A stretch of 58,603 nt of DNA, counting the filler, from Sphacelaria rigidula (taxonomy: Eukaryota), in the NCBI GenBank assembly GCA_964200075.2. It is 5 parts of 5 records of this genome, joined end to end, with 100 filler letters (N's around TTAATTAATTAA, not from the genome) between each part and the next. Parts side by side here need not be neighbours in the genome. Positions count along the whole stretch, not along the records: positions 23,483 to 35,123 come from CAXNAA020004677.1; positions 35,224 to 46,864 come from CAXNAA020004678.1; 3 more parts are not named here. One strand, given 5' to 3'. How positions within the stretch are numbered: the first letter of the stretch is position 1; every line of letters starts with the position of its first letter. This document shows, in pieces, positions 23,705-37,634 of the stretch. Below the pieces are notes generated by a model. It did not search any database. It was given only the letters and a program-made list of their open reading frames with translations, and had not been told where the DNA came from. Both the position numbers and the translations under genes were made by a program.

Positions 23705-24819
23705 CTAACACACAACTACCTTATGTCCGCAAGGCTGGATGTACGATATCGCACAACCTTAAACAGCAACATCCCCTGCTGAACCGCAAAACACTACAGC
23801 CACGGAGGAGGCTGAGAGTTGCGGGTAGTTCCGATGAGAGGCGCCCTTCCAAATATGCTAACCGCGCTCAAGGCGTACCTTCGGATGAATATGTGCCGAA
23901 TATCAGTCATGCTCCGAAAATACTTCACTCATTGGACCCTTGTTGACTGCAACGACAGTAAGAGCTTGGGACATGCAGGGTACTTCTCACAGTGTAGGTA
24001 GGGCAAGGCAACTCAAAATATTGGGGAGAGGTTGACAGGACTGCACGCCGATCATCCAAGATACAGGGTGCAAAGTACCGAAATCCACAGCGTGTAAAGC
24101 ATCCAGCGCACCGAGTACGCTCACAGTGTGCAGTGTAAAAAGAGACCTTATCGGAAACACTGGGAGCCTCCAAAGTGAGCCGACCCCCACATCTGCTTCT
24201 CGCCCTCTAAATACTTTTGCGTTGTCACTTCCATTTTGATATCAGCTGCACACCTACACGCTACGATAGCCGAGGGGGTTCAGTTCGTGCACAATATGCC
24301 CAAGCCAGGGCTTTGTTCTTGGGAGAGAGGCGACCGGGAAAATACCGTTTCAGGGAAAAAACACACACGACGTGCCTCGGGCGGTGCGTGCGTAATTACA
24401 ACGCGTGAGCTGTAGGCTCTCTCGGCCCTGCCTTCACCCAACGCTGCAGCTTCTGGTTTCATGCAGTTTCTTTTGAGTTTCGTCACGTCCCAAAGCGATT
24501 TTTCTCGTTCTCATTTTGAACGTGCAAGAACCGATCCAAGCACATACATCGCCCTCATTGTTACGAAATACAAGGAAGTTACTCACGCACGACTGCCGCG
24601 TAGGCATGTATCTTCAGGTTATTTACTTCAGACCTTTCACTCTATTCAAGACGGCCCCCAACCATTTAAAGAAAAATCACTTGCAATTCCGAATGATTCC
24701 CCAGACACGAGTTCTCTTCCATCGCCCCGCCTCAGTACGGTATATTATACTCAACCATTGTGCCTTCCAGAAAAACAACCATTCAAGATCAGCACTGGGT
24801 CATAAATAGACGGAGACCT

Positions 24820-27200
24820 ACCGAATATTTTGCTCCGGGAACTGCCTCTTGTCGAAGTCTGCTAGTTTGGGCACCTCATCGCGCAGCCAGTTATCCTGCC
24901 CATTGATCCACTTCAAGTAGCGCAGTCTCGTTCGAACCTTTCCGCGGACGCGCCTGCCAGAGGTCAAGAAACAAGGCGGCTCTGCCCTTCATTACCTAGT
25001 GGAGAGAGACAATGTGTGCATGAGGCGCTGCGTGCCGTTGTGGAACGACTGCAACGAGATTTGTTGCTAGTATGATAAACAGAACATCATCGGAGGCATG
25101 CTGTGTTTCGGTGTTGTGCGGATGTGGAATAGGCAATACGATGGAACTTCCATCGTAAATTGTATCTACGAGATGTTCAGGAAGTTTTCGGGTTGTCAGA
25201 GATGGAAACAGCCGCCCATCTCTGTCGCACTTCTCTAGTCGCACCTCAAGCAAGACACTATGCACATACTCTGCGTCGGGTGAGGACGGCACAGAAGCTA
25301 CAAATGGAGCAGGAGAGTGTGGCAAGAACCCAGCGCGGGAGGATGTATTATCTTTTTAGGCCCGATTCTCGCAGCAAACGTCGGCGACAAGGAGGCCGCG
25401 CGCAGTCTGCCTGAAGCAAAAGCGTAGTGGAAGAAAAAAACGGTGCTGCGACAAATTTGCTCATGGGCTCAGACTCCCCAAGAATTTCGAAACACCTCGA
25501 TGGGGACCAATGGAACTAGTCCTCGTCGAACACGGAACACCATGTACGTGCCTCAGTTTCCAAACACTTGAAACTCAGCAAGAGCAAAAGCACAGCAGGC
25601 TGCTGTGCTCGTCTGTGTATTTTCGACATGGTGAGGAATAGTCGTGGCCGCAGCGAGCATACCGAAAAATCGGGGCCGCAGCGGGCACACCGAACATTCG
25701 GGGGTCGAAAGCACTGCGCGCGTACAGTACAGCGCTTTGGAATCTCTTCGCTCGTGCAGTGTTCGTAGGATCACCGCGGGGCGATTCATCGCTTGCGCAA
25801 ATGCTGGACCATAGACATCGGGCTCGTTGATTGATCAATCGATTGATTGATTAATTTGCGCATAACCCGGCCTGCTGTGAACTCAGCCATGGCCAAAGGT
25901 GCGCTCGATAGTTCCGCGGAATGCGGAAAAACGGAAATGTGAGCAAACGTTCGGACATTGGACTAGAATCAAGGGAACACGCGAGATTCCCAAACTTCCG
26001 GTGCCGCTGAGAATGGCCGTCGCTACCGGAATAAATAAAACTCACCAAAAAGAATGATTACGCAATCGTAAACTCTCCATCGAATGAGTTCAACTGCAGC
26101 TTCAGCCCCCCTACAATCCTTGTTGCAGATATGATCGACGAGCCGAGTAGGCTGAAGACGTCGTGGGCGGGATTGTCACGGAAATTACTGACGGGTCTGA
26201 AAATGATCGCGATCGTGTTGAAGAGAAGTCCGTGGTGGTGTCTCAACTCCAGGTAAACGTCCGCAGCTACAGGATTGAACTGTGCTGCGGGGCTGAGCTT
26301 GGGTCTCAGTACGGGGTACAACTCCGCAGCTGCAGGATCGGGTTTCGATCCGTATACTGCTGACATGGCCCACCGGCTATTACAGTTTATATGTGGTATG
26401 GCGCAGCAGAATTGTGTCAATGTGAGCACCAGGGCACCTGATTGTCCTGTGCACGCCTGCACACCTGCGCTGGGGTTATTATTCGATAAGCACTGTTCTG
26501 GGAAAGTTCCTGTCAAATAAATGCTCCGTCACCTCGGTCCATCGTCGATTTCGGTTGCCGGACTATCGTCGTACTCGAAGAATAGCGAAGCACATCAGCG
26601 CTACACCCCCGATCACTGCTCACCATATCTCCTCTTGAAACTGTAAAAACTTTCGATTGCAGCTGGGATCATCTGCGTTCATTCGCACCTTTCTCCCTTG
26701 ATCCTGGCCGCAACCTCCTCCGCCTTCACGTTAAGGGCGACCCGCTCCTGGTGTTCCCGTAGCCTGCACGACCGATCCTGCATGGACACATATTTGATAT
26801 ATACGTGGTCATGACACTCAACATGACTGACCAATCCCTTGGGCACCAGCAACTGCTGACGTATACCGGGCAGATAAATAGTGTTTCAATCTCTTGAACA
26901 GTTCTCGATGTGTGATGCTCCCACACTGCTTCGCTAGCCCAAGGGAATTGGATCGCCTGCTCCAGCGCAGCAGCACGCGGCAACGAACTGCAGCAGTTTA
27001 CCACCACTTTGCTGTGTCTCAGCTTTGGTGCGCAAAGCGTCGACTAATTCACACCCGAGTTGCGAACTGAGTTGATGGCCGCCGCGTCCCGGGAGTAAAA
27101 TCGGTGCATTTCTGCGAGTTTCGTGGAGACCAGTTCCGACAGCGGAAAGGTCTATCGTAGCGGTTGCCGCCGTCGGGGAGCGTGTCATCAGTATATATAT
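24820..27200 (-). pseudogene. Decayed multi-exon coding-like sequence, family not recognised
   Basis: Splice-bounded protein-like pieces such as RGKVRTRLRYLKWINGQDNWLRDEVPKLADFDKRQFPEQNI, YLELRHHHGLLFNTIAIIFRPVSNFRDNP and LREHQERVALNVKAEEVAARIKGE, interrupted by stops and frameshifts. Confidence 0.35.
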
Positions 27201-29755
27201 ATATATATACAGATGTATGTACAATTAATTCTGCCTCTCGGGGATTGGAGACTCAGTATCCAGCGGTGTGAAACGACAATGAGATCCACGGAGGAATGCA
27301 CCAGGAGAACGTGTCGTGTCCGAGTAACCATGTAACAGCATCGCACACGTCAGGTTGCAGACAAACGGATTGCTGTAGGTTCGGCTTACAGAAATGCAGG
27401 GCTGGGACACGCAAGCTCGCTTTGGAGCAGCTGGATGAGTGTAAACGGGAGAGAAATAGCGTATCAAATACTGAGTACATATTCTGGGTTCATGTGCGCC
27501 ACTGTGAACGGTTTTGGCTCGATGATAACGGAGGTATTCCCCCGCGTGCAGTCAAGGGTCCAGAACATTCGAGGCATGAGAAAAGATTACTACATCATGC
27601 GACAACCACCTCCATAGAACAATGTGTGTGAGAACACGAGATTTGTCTGCTTCTCAAGAATCGCAGATTCAGTAAACATCAGTGCTGATACTCCATCAAT
27701 CGTTTGCTCCTGAATTGCTTCGCAAGCCCCCACGCTATATCCGCCCAACAGGCTGATGACACAATAGGGGTGCACGAACTCTTGTTCAGGCTTAAGTTGT
27801 TGCAAGCCCTCAATCTCATAAAAAAAAACGGCTCGCTCGCGAAATATGTGAAAGCACGCCACCCTTAGCATTCCAATTGGCTAGGAATATCTCGAGGGAA
27901 TTCGAAAAACGGGAATGTCGTGGCCCGTGTTCTTGTGTGCCTACAAATTTTAGGAACCCCTCGATGATATACATGTTGGCCCCAAGGTGCAACCCCTACT
28001 GCGGCATGACGCAACATGCAACGCGAGATGCGCATCACGCAGGTGCTTTCCTTTCTTGCCCCAACAAACGAAGAACACTTATATACCCTGCAGCGCATGA
28101 AGAGGTCAGAGATCAGGCTTTTTTTTTATTCACAAAACAGTCCCGTTGCGCTTGCCAGAACCAATACACCGTAGGGGTCCCACTTGAGTGGGTTACAGTA
28201 CACACCGAGCAAAAGTACAAACACGTGCTTCTTTCACAGTACCCACCGTCTCCATACTTTACATCTGGGGAAGATTCGGCGAATTTACGGGAGTTCTTTA
28301 AGTGTTCACTACGGGTAACTACGAAGAACGTGGCGTAGAGTTGGCATTTCTGAAATCAACGTTAGATTTCGAAGGATATTGTGAGTACGAATCTAGGCCT
28401 ATTTTGGTTTTTTGGTTTTGTTTGATTTCCTCGTACCCTATGACAGGTAGCTAGCCTGTGACCACGGAAGGCGTCCGCATCAGATGCCCAGTACGAAGAT
28501 ACCGCGCAGATATCGGAACGGATTAAAAGGGGAAGACAACAACAACATTGGAATCAAATTCTCATCCCTAGGGTTATCAAAATCAACAGTTGATTCGAAG
28601 GATTTCTGAAACCAACATTTGATTTCTAGCATTATTCATCACGTGATTTCCAGGACCTCTGAGATCAACATCTTATTTCAGGAGACGCTCGCGTCGGAAT
28701 ATCGAGGCCCGGGACAGTAAAATGGCTGATAATGATACATGAGTACGAGATAAAAAATGCCAGAAATTAATGCATATTTGCACAAGAACGCTTTTTCAAC
28801 TGGTCAACATGGGCAGTTTCGCCGATGTAGTCGAATTGAAAACATGGGCCAAGACATATTTTTCTCCCCCGCGATTAAGGATGTCAGTGTTTGTTGTCGG
28901 CGCGGTTGCCGAAGATTTCTTCATTCGGATCAAAAGCTTCGGGAAAATCAGTATATGAAAAAACATAGGATTTGATATCGATCAATACAGTGTGTGAAAC
29001 ATTCAATCACCACGAACATAAGAGCCGACATCGGATTGGTCCGGAGCGTTTGGTGAGTGAAGGTGGGGCATTATGGTGGTCGCTTCGAAGTTCCACACAA
29101 AACGACAGAGTGGAGCGGAACAATCAACACACCGTCTTCGCACCTCAGTCTGGAACAAGCACCGGTAGACCGGCCTGTGCTGCTATATCTATGGATTTAG
29201 TTGTCACGAAGATGTTAGTTTGACTGTTATGTCCGGTTTGATAAGACGCTGCTGTACTTTCGTGTTCGCCGCGTGATTTTAAGGCGATGAGATCGAATGT
29301 TCTGTGCGACACGAGTAGGACGCTGAAACTCCAGTAATATACGCAAAATTTATCCCGTGGTAAGGGTTAAAAATTCAGAGAGGGTCTTGAGTCTTATCGC
29401 TGGTTTCAATGTTCGCTTGCAGATGCGGATGTTATCACCATTATAGAGAGCCCTTCAGTCAGGCCGGAACCCTTGGGATTCTGAAGAACCTGAAGAACCT
29501 GAAGAACAAAACATAGGATCCGAGATACATCGCAGAATCTGATATATACTAAACAATACACTATACTATGTGTCAAATTGTGGAGACAAGAAAAAAAAAA
29601 AGACAAAAAAAAACGCTTATGCATTGAGGGCTGGCTGTTGACCAAACACAGCTAGAGCAGCGTCAGTGAGATCAGTAACTTCGCCGACAGTACTGTGAAT
29701 TTTCCGGCCCTTCAAGATGTTCACCCGTATTTTAACGTGACGTTGTGAAACTCGC

Positions 29756-29905
29756 CTCGCTCTGCTGCAACCGCTGCGCTGCGCCTGCTGCGGCGTCGCC
29801 CCGTCTTTCCCGACGGAATCCTGCTGATCGCTGACCCTTCTCTATCTTTTTCTCCTTCAGCATGGGTCCGAATCTCTCCGCGTATGTCGTCGTGAAGCGC
29901 TCTTC
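29756..29905 (-). CDS. Candidate exon of a hypothetical protein
   Basis: Pyrimidine tract plus CAG acceptor. Reads EERFTTTYAERFGPMLKEKKIEKGQRSAGFRRERRGDAAAGAAQRLQQSE and ends at a possible GC donor (GAG|GCGAGT) or at TAA 29732. Confidence 0.4.
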
Positions 29906-30294
29906 CTGACGACGAGGGTCGCCGTTCGTGAACAGAAAAAGGAACAAGAAACGGACAGAAGTTCCGTAAAACGTTGACGCGCTGCAGCGGTGCCGGGATA
30001 CAGTACTCGCTAACAGTTCTAGGCAAGTACCGGCGGAGGTACGAGTGAAGGGGTGATCTCATTAAAATCATGGACTTATCGTCTGAAGGGGACGGGAAGT
30101 AAAAAAAAAAAACGGGGAAGAAGAGACCAGAAAAAAAAAAAATCGAAGTGGAGGAAATGTAGAGGCGTATGTTCGAACTTGAACAGAATATTTCATGAAC
30201 TTACGTACGGGTTATTTTGTGACGTTCGTATTGTGCACAACCTGAACAATACATTCTATGGTAAAAACAAAATGCACTGCGTTCAGTATGGAAT

Positions 30295-30480
30295 CTACTT
30301 TATTTTATTTTATTTTATTTGACTTTACTTGATTGTCGAACTTTAACCGACCTCCCAGGTGTCCAGCTGTGGTCTCATGATAGGCGTACCCAAGAAAAAC
30401 GAAACCGAAACACTCGCTGAAGAAAACAAGGAACAAAAAAAAGAAGAAAAACAAATTCTAATAGAACGACATAGTATACG
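30295..30480 (-). mobile_element. 5'-truncated retroposon 3' end (GACCACGGCTGG family)
   Basis: The minus strand reads GGGTACGCCTATCATGAGACCACAGCTGGACACCTGGGAGGTCGGTTAAAGTTCGACAATC plus (AAAAT)n. Confidence 0.65.
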
Positions 30481-31204
30481 AAGACTTCACAAAAGAGAAT
30501 AAAAGCTGTTGTCTGCTGCAATAGGCGCAATAGTCGATACTGTACACAGTACACTTTTAGACAGTGTATTATTTTGATCAGGATGTGGTAATATGCGGAT
30601 GGCAGCATTTTGTCATGTGCTACTTCAGATATTCGCTTCTTTTTTTTTGCAGGTTCGCGTATCTTTGAGATCCGTTCTGCTTGTTTAGAGTAGACGGTTC
30701 GTTGTGCTCGTTTCACTGCGGGGACCTCAATATGGGGACGAACACGAACAGTCCTTGACGGTCAGGCCAACGAAATGAATGTCCGATTAATGTTTTTACA
30801 TCAATTGAAAGGAAGGGTGCACTTCTCTGACCCATAAGTTCGACGAAATATGTTTGTTTAGGCCCTTCACCGTGCCCGATCGTTTTTTCTCGTTGTATCG
30901 TTTTTCTCAACGATATTTTAGTTACAGCCACTTTTGTTTTTTACATATTCCCATTCCCACCACGCGGCCGAACTGCCGAAAACGTTTGAGTCAACCCGAA
31001 GACGGCCGTATGTCGCCAGTACTACGAGGGCTGAAAAATGTTGGGGAAAAAAAAACAAGAAAAATCATAAGCCGTCCTCGTCGTCACTGGGCCTCGATGC
31101 TAGCTAATCCCGAGCAGTGTTGAAGGCCTTTTCATCGTACTTCACCTCACCTTCCAGCGTCCCGGCCCTTTGCCGAGCCCTTACTCCGGTATGCTAACAC
31201 ATAC

Positions 31205-31246
31205 CTCCTCTGCCTCAAACTTCCCAAAACAAATCTCGTAAGGCGC
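31205..31246 (-). CDS. Candidate 42-nt exon (APYEICFGKFEAEE)
   Basis: CAG acceptor, GAG|GTATGT donor, phase 0/0, compatible with the exons at 33804-33965 and 29756-29905. Confidence 0.3.
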
Positions 31247-31499
31247 CTGGATGGGGTACATATTGACATTTTTGTTGTACGGAAATACAACCCCATTGTG
31301 TGCTTAGATAGTATTGTCTGCATCGCGTCTCGCCCGTGAACCCAATCTTGATTGCACCGTAGGCACCTCTGTCGGGAAGATACTGGAAGATACGGGAAGG
31401 TACGATCTGCACCCCACAGTTCACCTAACTTACGAGACAGAAGAAGTATGCAACAACGGAATATGTATATCAAGGTCGTGTTCGCTAGGGTATACCCAG

Positions 31500-31828
31500 A
31501 GGAAGTGGAGGGTTTTCGGTTGGTGTACTGGTCATTTCTCTTTATTTTTTTTTTCTTTATTTATTTTTTCAGGTCTTAGTCTACAATGTTGTTATGTTCT
31601 ACCTTTTTCTGTCTCTTCCTCTTTTTTTTCTTCCAGCGATTGTTTCAGTTTAGTTTTGTCCCGGGTACGTCTGTCATGTGACCACGGCTGAATCCCTGGG
31701 GGTATAGTCATGCTCTTACAAGCCATAGTCATGAGTACACCCCCCAGGAGTCATGATCCAGCCGTGGTCACATCCAGCCCTGGCGGGCCAGCTGAAGTGC
31801 GACAACCAACCAATCAATTAATCAATCG
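31500..31828 (+). mobile_element. Retroposon 3' end with an internal inverted duplication
   Basis: Family motif GTGACCACGGCTG and tail GTGCGACAACCAACCAATCAAT. Positions 31676-31773 form a fold-back. Confidence 0.65.
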
Positions 31829-33803
31829 ATACTGAACGGTACCGACAGGTGTATCGAACATCACGGTATGATCCGAAAAGTTACCGAGCCTTATTCCGAA
31901 CACTCCGATATGGTCCGGAAGGGTACTCACCACCGTCAAAATACCGTTCTTTTCTTCTGTAACCACCCGAATTTCCGCCCGTATACCCTACATAACACAA
32001 CCGTGGAATGTATGACATGGACCCAACCGAAAACAACGAATAAGGGAAGAGGGAAAACGGAGACTAACTGCGAGACGCTCGTCGCCCTGGCGAGTACCGT
32101 ATAATATTGCTCTTCACCCGAGATGGAAAAAAAAAAAAAAGGAACACCGTTGCATTCGAAAAACGACGACAGCACAAAATATCCTGCGCAATGGAGCAAC
32201 AACAGAGCGGAAACACGCATAAAACGTGTGTTGGAAAGGATGAAAGCAAAATCAAAGTTATGTATGTGCGGGCCATTCGCGTGGAAGCGCTTTTTTTATG
32301 TTCCATCTGGAGGGGGGGGGGCGTGTGCTGTAAACAAGAATGAAAAATTGACACAAGGGGCCTGAAAAAACAAGAGAATATTCTACACGGTTATCGACTC
32401 CTATGTGGCTGTTGGATCCGGCTTTCGCATCGAAAATGCCTACGAGACATTCGAGCTCTGGGTCTATTGTGACGACCAGACAAAGAAACCGCAATCAATC
32501 CGAGCGGTTCAAGCACTGACCCAGATAGTACACTACTGTCCGCCAGACATTGCTTGACACTCATCAATGAACATGGAACACTCTTGATAAGTCGGTTGCG
32601 CGTGATATGCTTGTTTCAGTGTCGAGCCGCCAACTGGAGTGATTGCAGCGACTACCGGAGCCAGATTTCATCGCATGACCAGCTCCAAAGTTGTGCACTT
32701 CGGGGCGGAAAAAACAAAAAACATCACTCGCCCATTTATAGAACCAAGCGCACTCGACCATGAAGCATCTTGAGTCTTAGTGAGCCAGGGCTATACGTGG
32801 ATGTGCGCGTACTCTATTGTAGATGTTTGTTCGCAATGCTGCAAGGCCTTGAGCGTCAGGGACACGTTTGCATCTCCGAATGCTCCAAAGCTTTCCGACG
32901 GCCACGCAAGCATTTTCTGCCAGGTCTTCCGGTATGAACCCTTCTCTTACTTCACGCAAGGGTGGTGGGGAGATCCCTAGGGCTCGAAGCGTCGAAAGTT
33001 ATTCATGACGTGGTTCAGGACAGTTTCGATCTTCGAGTTTTTTTTGTCGAGACCCGCCGCGCCTTGAAGCGAGTTGCCGTTTCAAGAAATGAACACAATT
33101 TTGTCGTCGATTCGAAATCAACTAAAAAAAACAAGAGGGCAGTCAGAGAAAGATGGTGGGCAGAACATGGATCGGAGAGGGACACCTTACAGAGTTGTTC
33201 GCTCTACCGTGGGCTATCAGCACAAAACGAGAACAAGATGACTTCAGCTCGAAAAAACATCGGACGAGCGCAGGAAGAACTCCCATCGAGGTACTGGTGT
33301 ACTTGCAGGAGAAAAAAAACTTCACCCGCCGCGTTGCAATATTTTTGCTGTGGTGCACGATGCAATTCTTCGTGCTGTCGGTTCTTAGGCATGCCCGTTC
33401 CGGACAAAAATGTCAAGAATGGCCTTGCAAAGCTTCGACACGTTGTCAGCGTTTAGCGAACCTTCGACAGAGCCAAAGGCCGGCCAAATTATCAATCATA
33501 CGTACCAGATTCGTGTTCATACTCTTTCAACGGATTGACAGACGTCCACGAACCTGGTAACTATCGTGCGAGTGGACCGCTCTTGTAAAATCAGTGCAGT
33601 AAATTCAGCACAAATATAAGAACATAGAACGGCTCTCGATGCAGCAGCACCCTTTCATGGTCCTAAAATAGGCAAGTTTCGGCAGATGTACGGCGGTTTC
33701 AAGGGGGAAAAATAACCAAATTTCGCCCCAAGCACACGGTCCGATTTCGGGGGAATAATGAACCGATTTCGGGGCAAAAATACACCGAAGCGAGGCTTCT
33801 TAC

Positions 33804-33965
33804 CGGGCATGCGTAGAAGGAAGAGTTCTCATCCGTCCCAGCCTCGAGTCCGATCCCACCGTGCCCCACATCCGCCCACGTCGGCTTTGGGACCTTCCGG
33901 GAACGTGCCATAGCACCCACTGCTGCCGCCTGCATCACAATAAGCACCGTTAACGCCGGTACCAT
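33804..33965 (-). CDS. Candidate first exon with a signal-peptide-like N terminus
   Basis: ACCATGG start context, MVPALTVLIVMQAAAVGA-MARSRKVPKPTWADVGHGGIGLEAGTDENSSFYACP, and a CCG|GTAAGA donor. Confidence 0.4.
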
Positions 33966-35123
33966 GGTTGAAGCGTACCTGATTCTCACGATGAACACTG
34001 ACTAGTACCCGCATCTTTCGGGAGTGGGCTGTCCCAAATATCGACCACGCACAGTGTTTCTTCAATCGACGCCTGTCCCTCCCCACGAAGAACCTTGCCT
34101 GAGACCCTTCTGCAGACCGCACTTACGCGAGAGCTCAAAGTCTGCCTTACTACGGGGTTGGAGTTGGAGCTGCGGCTAGGATACCATGTGCCAAGGCAAA
34201 ATGAGAAATGGTGATATAAACCGAAATAATGTGGTGAAAGCAGCTGGATTTTTGCAAAATAGGTAAGATGTGAGGCAATGATGACCCTATCCATCAAGCA
34301 CGCACGCGAGCATGTAGATATTATAGTAGTCAGCATCAGAAGTTTTCAGAATTTGTAGTTGTTTTATTTTTTGAGTTTTTCTGCGGTACTATTCTTCACT
34401 ACTACTTGATAGTGCTAGCGCCGGTAGATTTAGGGAGAAAGCGTAGATCGCGCTCAAACTGCAGTGCTCACGTTGGTGTTTTTGGGGCGATGGGGACTTG
34501 ATACCCCGTTTATCATGAGGGTGTTATTGACCGTTTTTGGTCCAGTATAAGCAGTTTTCCCGCTCTTCAGCGACGAAACGGTAAATATTTAGATAAATGA
34601 ATACGTATTAAATTCTTCACAATAACGATCGAGATCGTGTTTCCCTCCTATACTACACAGACCTCAGTCTAGCATTTTCTGCGGATGGCCTATTTTCGTT
34701 TTTTCTTCGCCTGACATTATCCATGAGCACTCGAAAGTGCCAGCGTCGATAGTTTTGGCAAAATAAGCAAACCGTGCTCAAATTACAATCGCCCAAGTTG
34801 GTGTCGTGGGGGCGATACCGGGTATGGACCCCGTTTATCAGGAGAGTGTTATTGACCGTAAATGGTCCAAGAAACATACTGTAGTTTTCCTGCTTTAGCG
34901 CAGTGACTAGGTGAAATGTCAAAAAAGCAATCCTTTTTGAGTCTTTATTTATATGATCCAGATCGAGTCGGTCCACCGAAAATACCGAAAAGCTAGAGCC
35001 TGGGGTCGTATTTTCCCAGGACCCCCGAAGATCGGCCAAGCCCATAAGTCACTCATTATTGATCGCAGATCATTCTTATTTCAATATTTGTCAAGATGTA
35101 AAAAATATCTCCGGATGCCCATT

Positions 35124-35223
35124 NNNNNNNNNNNNNNNNNNNNNNNNNNNNNNNNNNNNNNNNNNNNTTAATTAATTAANNNNNNNNNNNNNNNNNNNNN
35201 NNNNNNNNNNNNNNNNNNNNNNN
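35124..35223. other. Artificial contig spacer
   Basis: 44 N + TTAATTAATTAA + 44 N. Confidence 0.98.
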
Positions 35224-35567
35224 CCGACAACAATCCCCGCGCTGGTCGTTCGGGTCTGGTCGAAAAATTTCGCCTCGCTGTGATTGGGTAGGTCGCTCGA
35301 AGACTTATTTTTTATTATTCTACTAATACAGGGTCAACTCTGTGTTAGTGGGGGTCCGGTCCCAAAAGGGTTTATTACCATACAGATGTTTGCCGCAGCA
35401 AAACGTATGCAACATGCCCGTACTTCATTGTAGCCACACAAGGTAGCATCATTCGCCAACACCGGCACCCTCGCCTTCTCTCCCGTCCTCCCCTCCCGCC
35501 GCGTGTTCACTGTGACACCCTCTTTCATCCTATTGCTCCCCACAATACGCTTCACAACTGCTCTCAG

Positions 35568-36792
35568 CACCACCAGCACTAGCGCTACCAGCGGCGATAC
35601 AGCACAAATAGCCCGACAGGCACCACCCGCACCGCCGCCGATGCCACCTCGGTCTCGCCCCGCAGAAAACCACACCCGTACCTCAGAATCACAGGTACCA
35701 ACGGTTTGCAGCGAATTCCGGCGGGCAGGCGATCGGCCTGTGCTGACCCCGCAGCCATCAGTGATCATCGCCGCCGACCCACGGGCAACCGCATCAGACG
35801 CACATGGCGTTTCGTCCAAATGTAGGCGGCCGGTGGGAGACGTCACGGCGATGGCAGCAAGCAGGATCGGGAATGGCGACGACAGTGCCGGGGTTGGATC
35901 GACGGAGTGGAGTTCAACGGCGTCAGGCGCCGTGGCAGGCGATTCCGTCGGAGGCGCTAGCGCTTCTGATAATGCTTGTTCATCGCCGTTGATGACGGTG
36001 TCGTCCAGTGGAGCCGTGAGGGGAAGCGGTGAAATACACGGAGAATACGATAGAGTCAAGGCGGGTGGTATCTCTGAAGACCCCCGCGCTGAGTCGCCAT
36101 TGTCGTACGGTGATGGTAACCATGCCATGGTAGATTTGCGTTCTTCGCTGAGGAGCAGAGGCGTCGATCATGGCAGCGAGGATTCGACTAGTATAAATGG
36201 CTACCATGGTATGAAGCATGGTTCTCGGCGCGATGTTCAGGTACCACGGCGAGGTGGAGAAAATGACGACCATGTTGATATTTTCGAGTCTACGAGTGTT
36301 TACGGAGAACCGGCAGAGGGGTGGGCTAACGCAGAACCCGGAAGGAAGGGGTTCGGTGGTGACGGTGAGGGCAGGCTGTGGCGGCACAGACAGGTCCCCC
36401 AATCGGGAGAACCAGAAGAGAAGCATCCGGCAGCGGGCGGAGAAATTTCCGAAAATGGGCGCCGTGCACTGTCCTCGCCGTTTCCCGATGCTGCTGCTGG
36501 TGGGGTAGCTACCGCTCGTGGTTATTGTGCATCACCTGGGAACAGCGAAGGCAGGGCGATAGGAACAACCTCAGAAGCCACCGCCGCCGTCGCCGCCACG
36601 GCAAATGTGGTGATGGAGGAGGAGGAAAACGACGAACAACTGTTTTTAGCGTACGTGAGAGGACTGCTGCAGGATCTCGAACGGGACCTCGACATTGCTC
36701 GTGTACTACTGCCTGAGTGTCACCGGTTCCGCAAGGTGGTCGGGTGTGTCGGGGAGGCAGTGGGGCCAGGAATGGGCTCTTCTTCTCGACAA
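35568..36792 (+). CDS. Large hypothetical protein, exon a (mostly disordered, helical C-terminal part)
   Basis: Open frame of more than 400 codons, GC-rich, with a pyrimidine tract plus CAG acceptor and a CAA|GTGAGC donor. Confidence 0.8.
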
Positions 36793-37186
36793 GTGAGCAA
36801 AGCTTTTTATTAACCGTAAAATTCTTCAAGTGGTACTCATACTCACAAGTTGTATCCGTCGTACTTGCAATGGAATCAATCCTTACCCCGCTCCACTCAC
36901 CGCCGTGGCTGCCTTATCTTCTGAGAAGGCACTTGGGTTTGTGTTGGTGAATTCACTTCGTGTGCTCGAACCTCCTCCATTGTAGCAAATGGTATTTTGG
37001 TCAAGCCGTGCATGTGCTCCGTACACGGGAAGGTCACTGTTGCACGTGGGCGCGATGTTAGATGTGTCACAAGAACCATCTCTGTGCTACAGACGGGGTG
37101 GTATTCACTGATGTTTGTTTGAGATACCTCGTTCCGGCATGTGACACTAGAGTAAACCTCGCGTTGCGGACACACTCGTTCAACAG

Positions 37187-37297
37187 GCCATGGATCTGAG
37201 AGAGGCATTGGAAGAGGCGACTGAATTCACCAGCACGCTATCATCGCCGGAGTCGTTCGTTCTCGTCCTTGCAGAGCTACTGTCAGATGGCTTCGAG
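37187..37297 (+). CDS. Large hypothetical protein, exon b
   Basis: CAG|AMDLREALEEATEFTSTLSSPESFVLVLAELLSDGFE|GTGCAG, phase 0/0. Confidence 0.7.
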
Positions 37298-37634
37298 GTG
37301 CAGTATGAGATAGCAAAACACAGTGCACGTTTTTGCTTTTACCCCACGGTCTGTGCTCAGGAAATTATGTTCGCGTATGGGAACCCCCCGGGGGAAATTC
37401 AGGGGCTGTTGCCTGAATCTCCAAAGGAGTGAATTTTCGTCGCGACTTTGGTGTGGTAGGTCATCTACTGTCTGCATACACCACGTTAAAATGCTATTTT
37501 CCAACAGGTGCAAAACTGTCGTCAGCAGATGAGGTTGCTCCAAGAAACAGTGCGACATTGTCGTGACTACCACACATTCGTAGGGCACGCAAATGCATTG
37601 TCACATCTCCCCCTACTCGCCCCAACATCTACAG

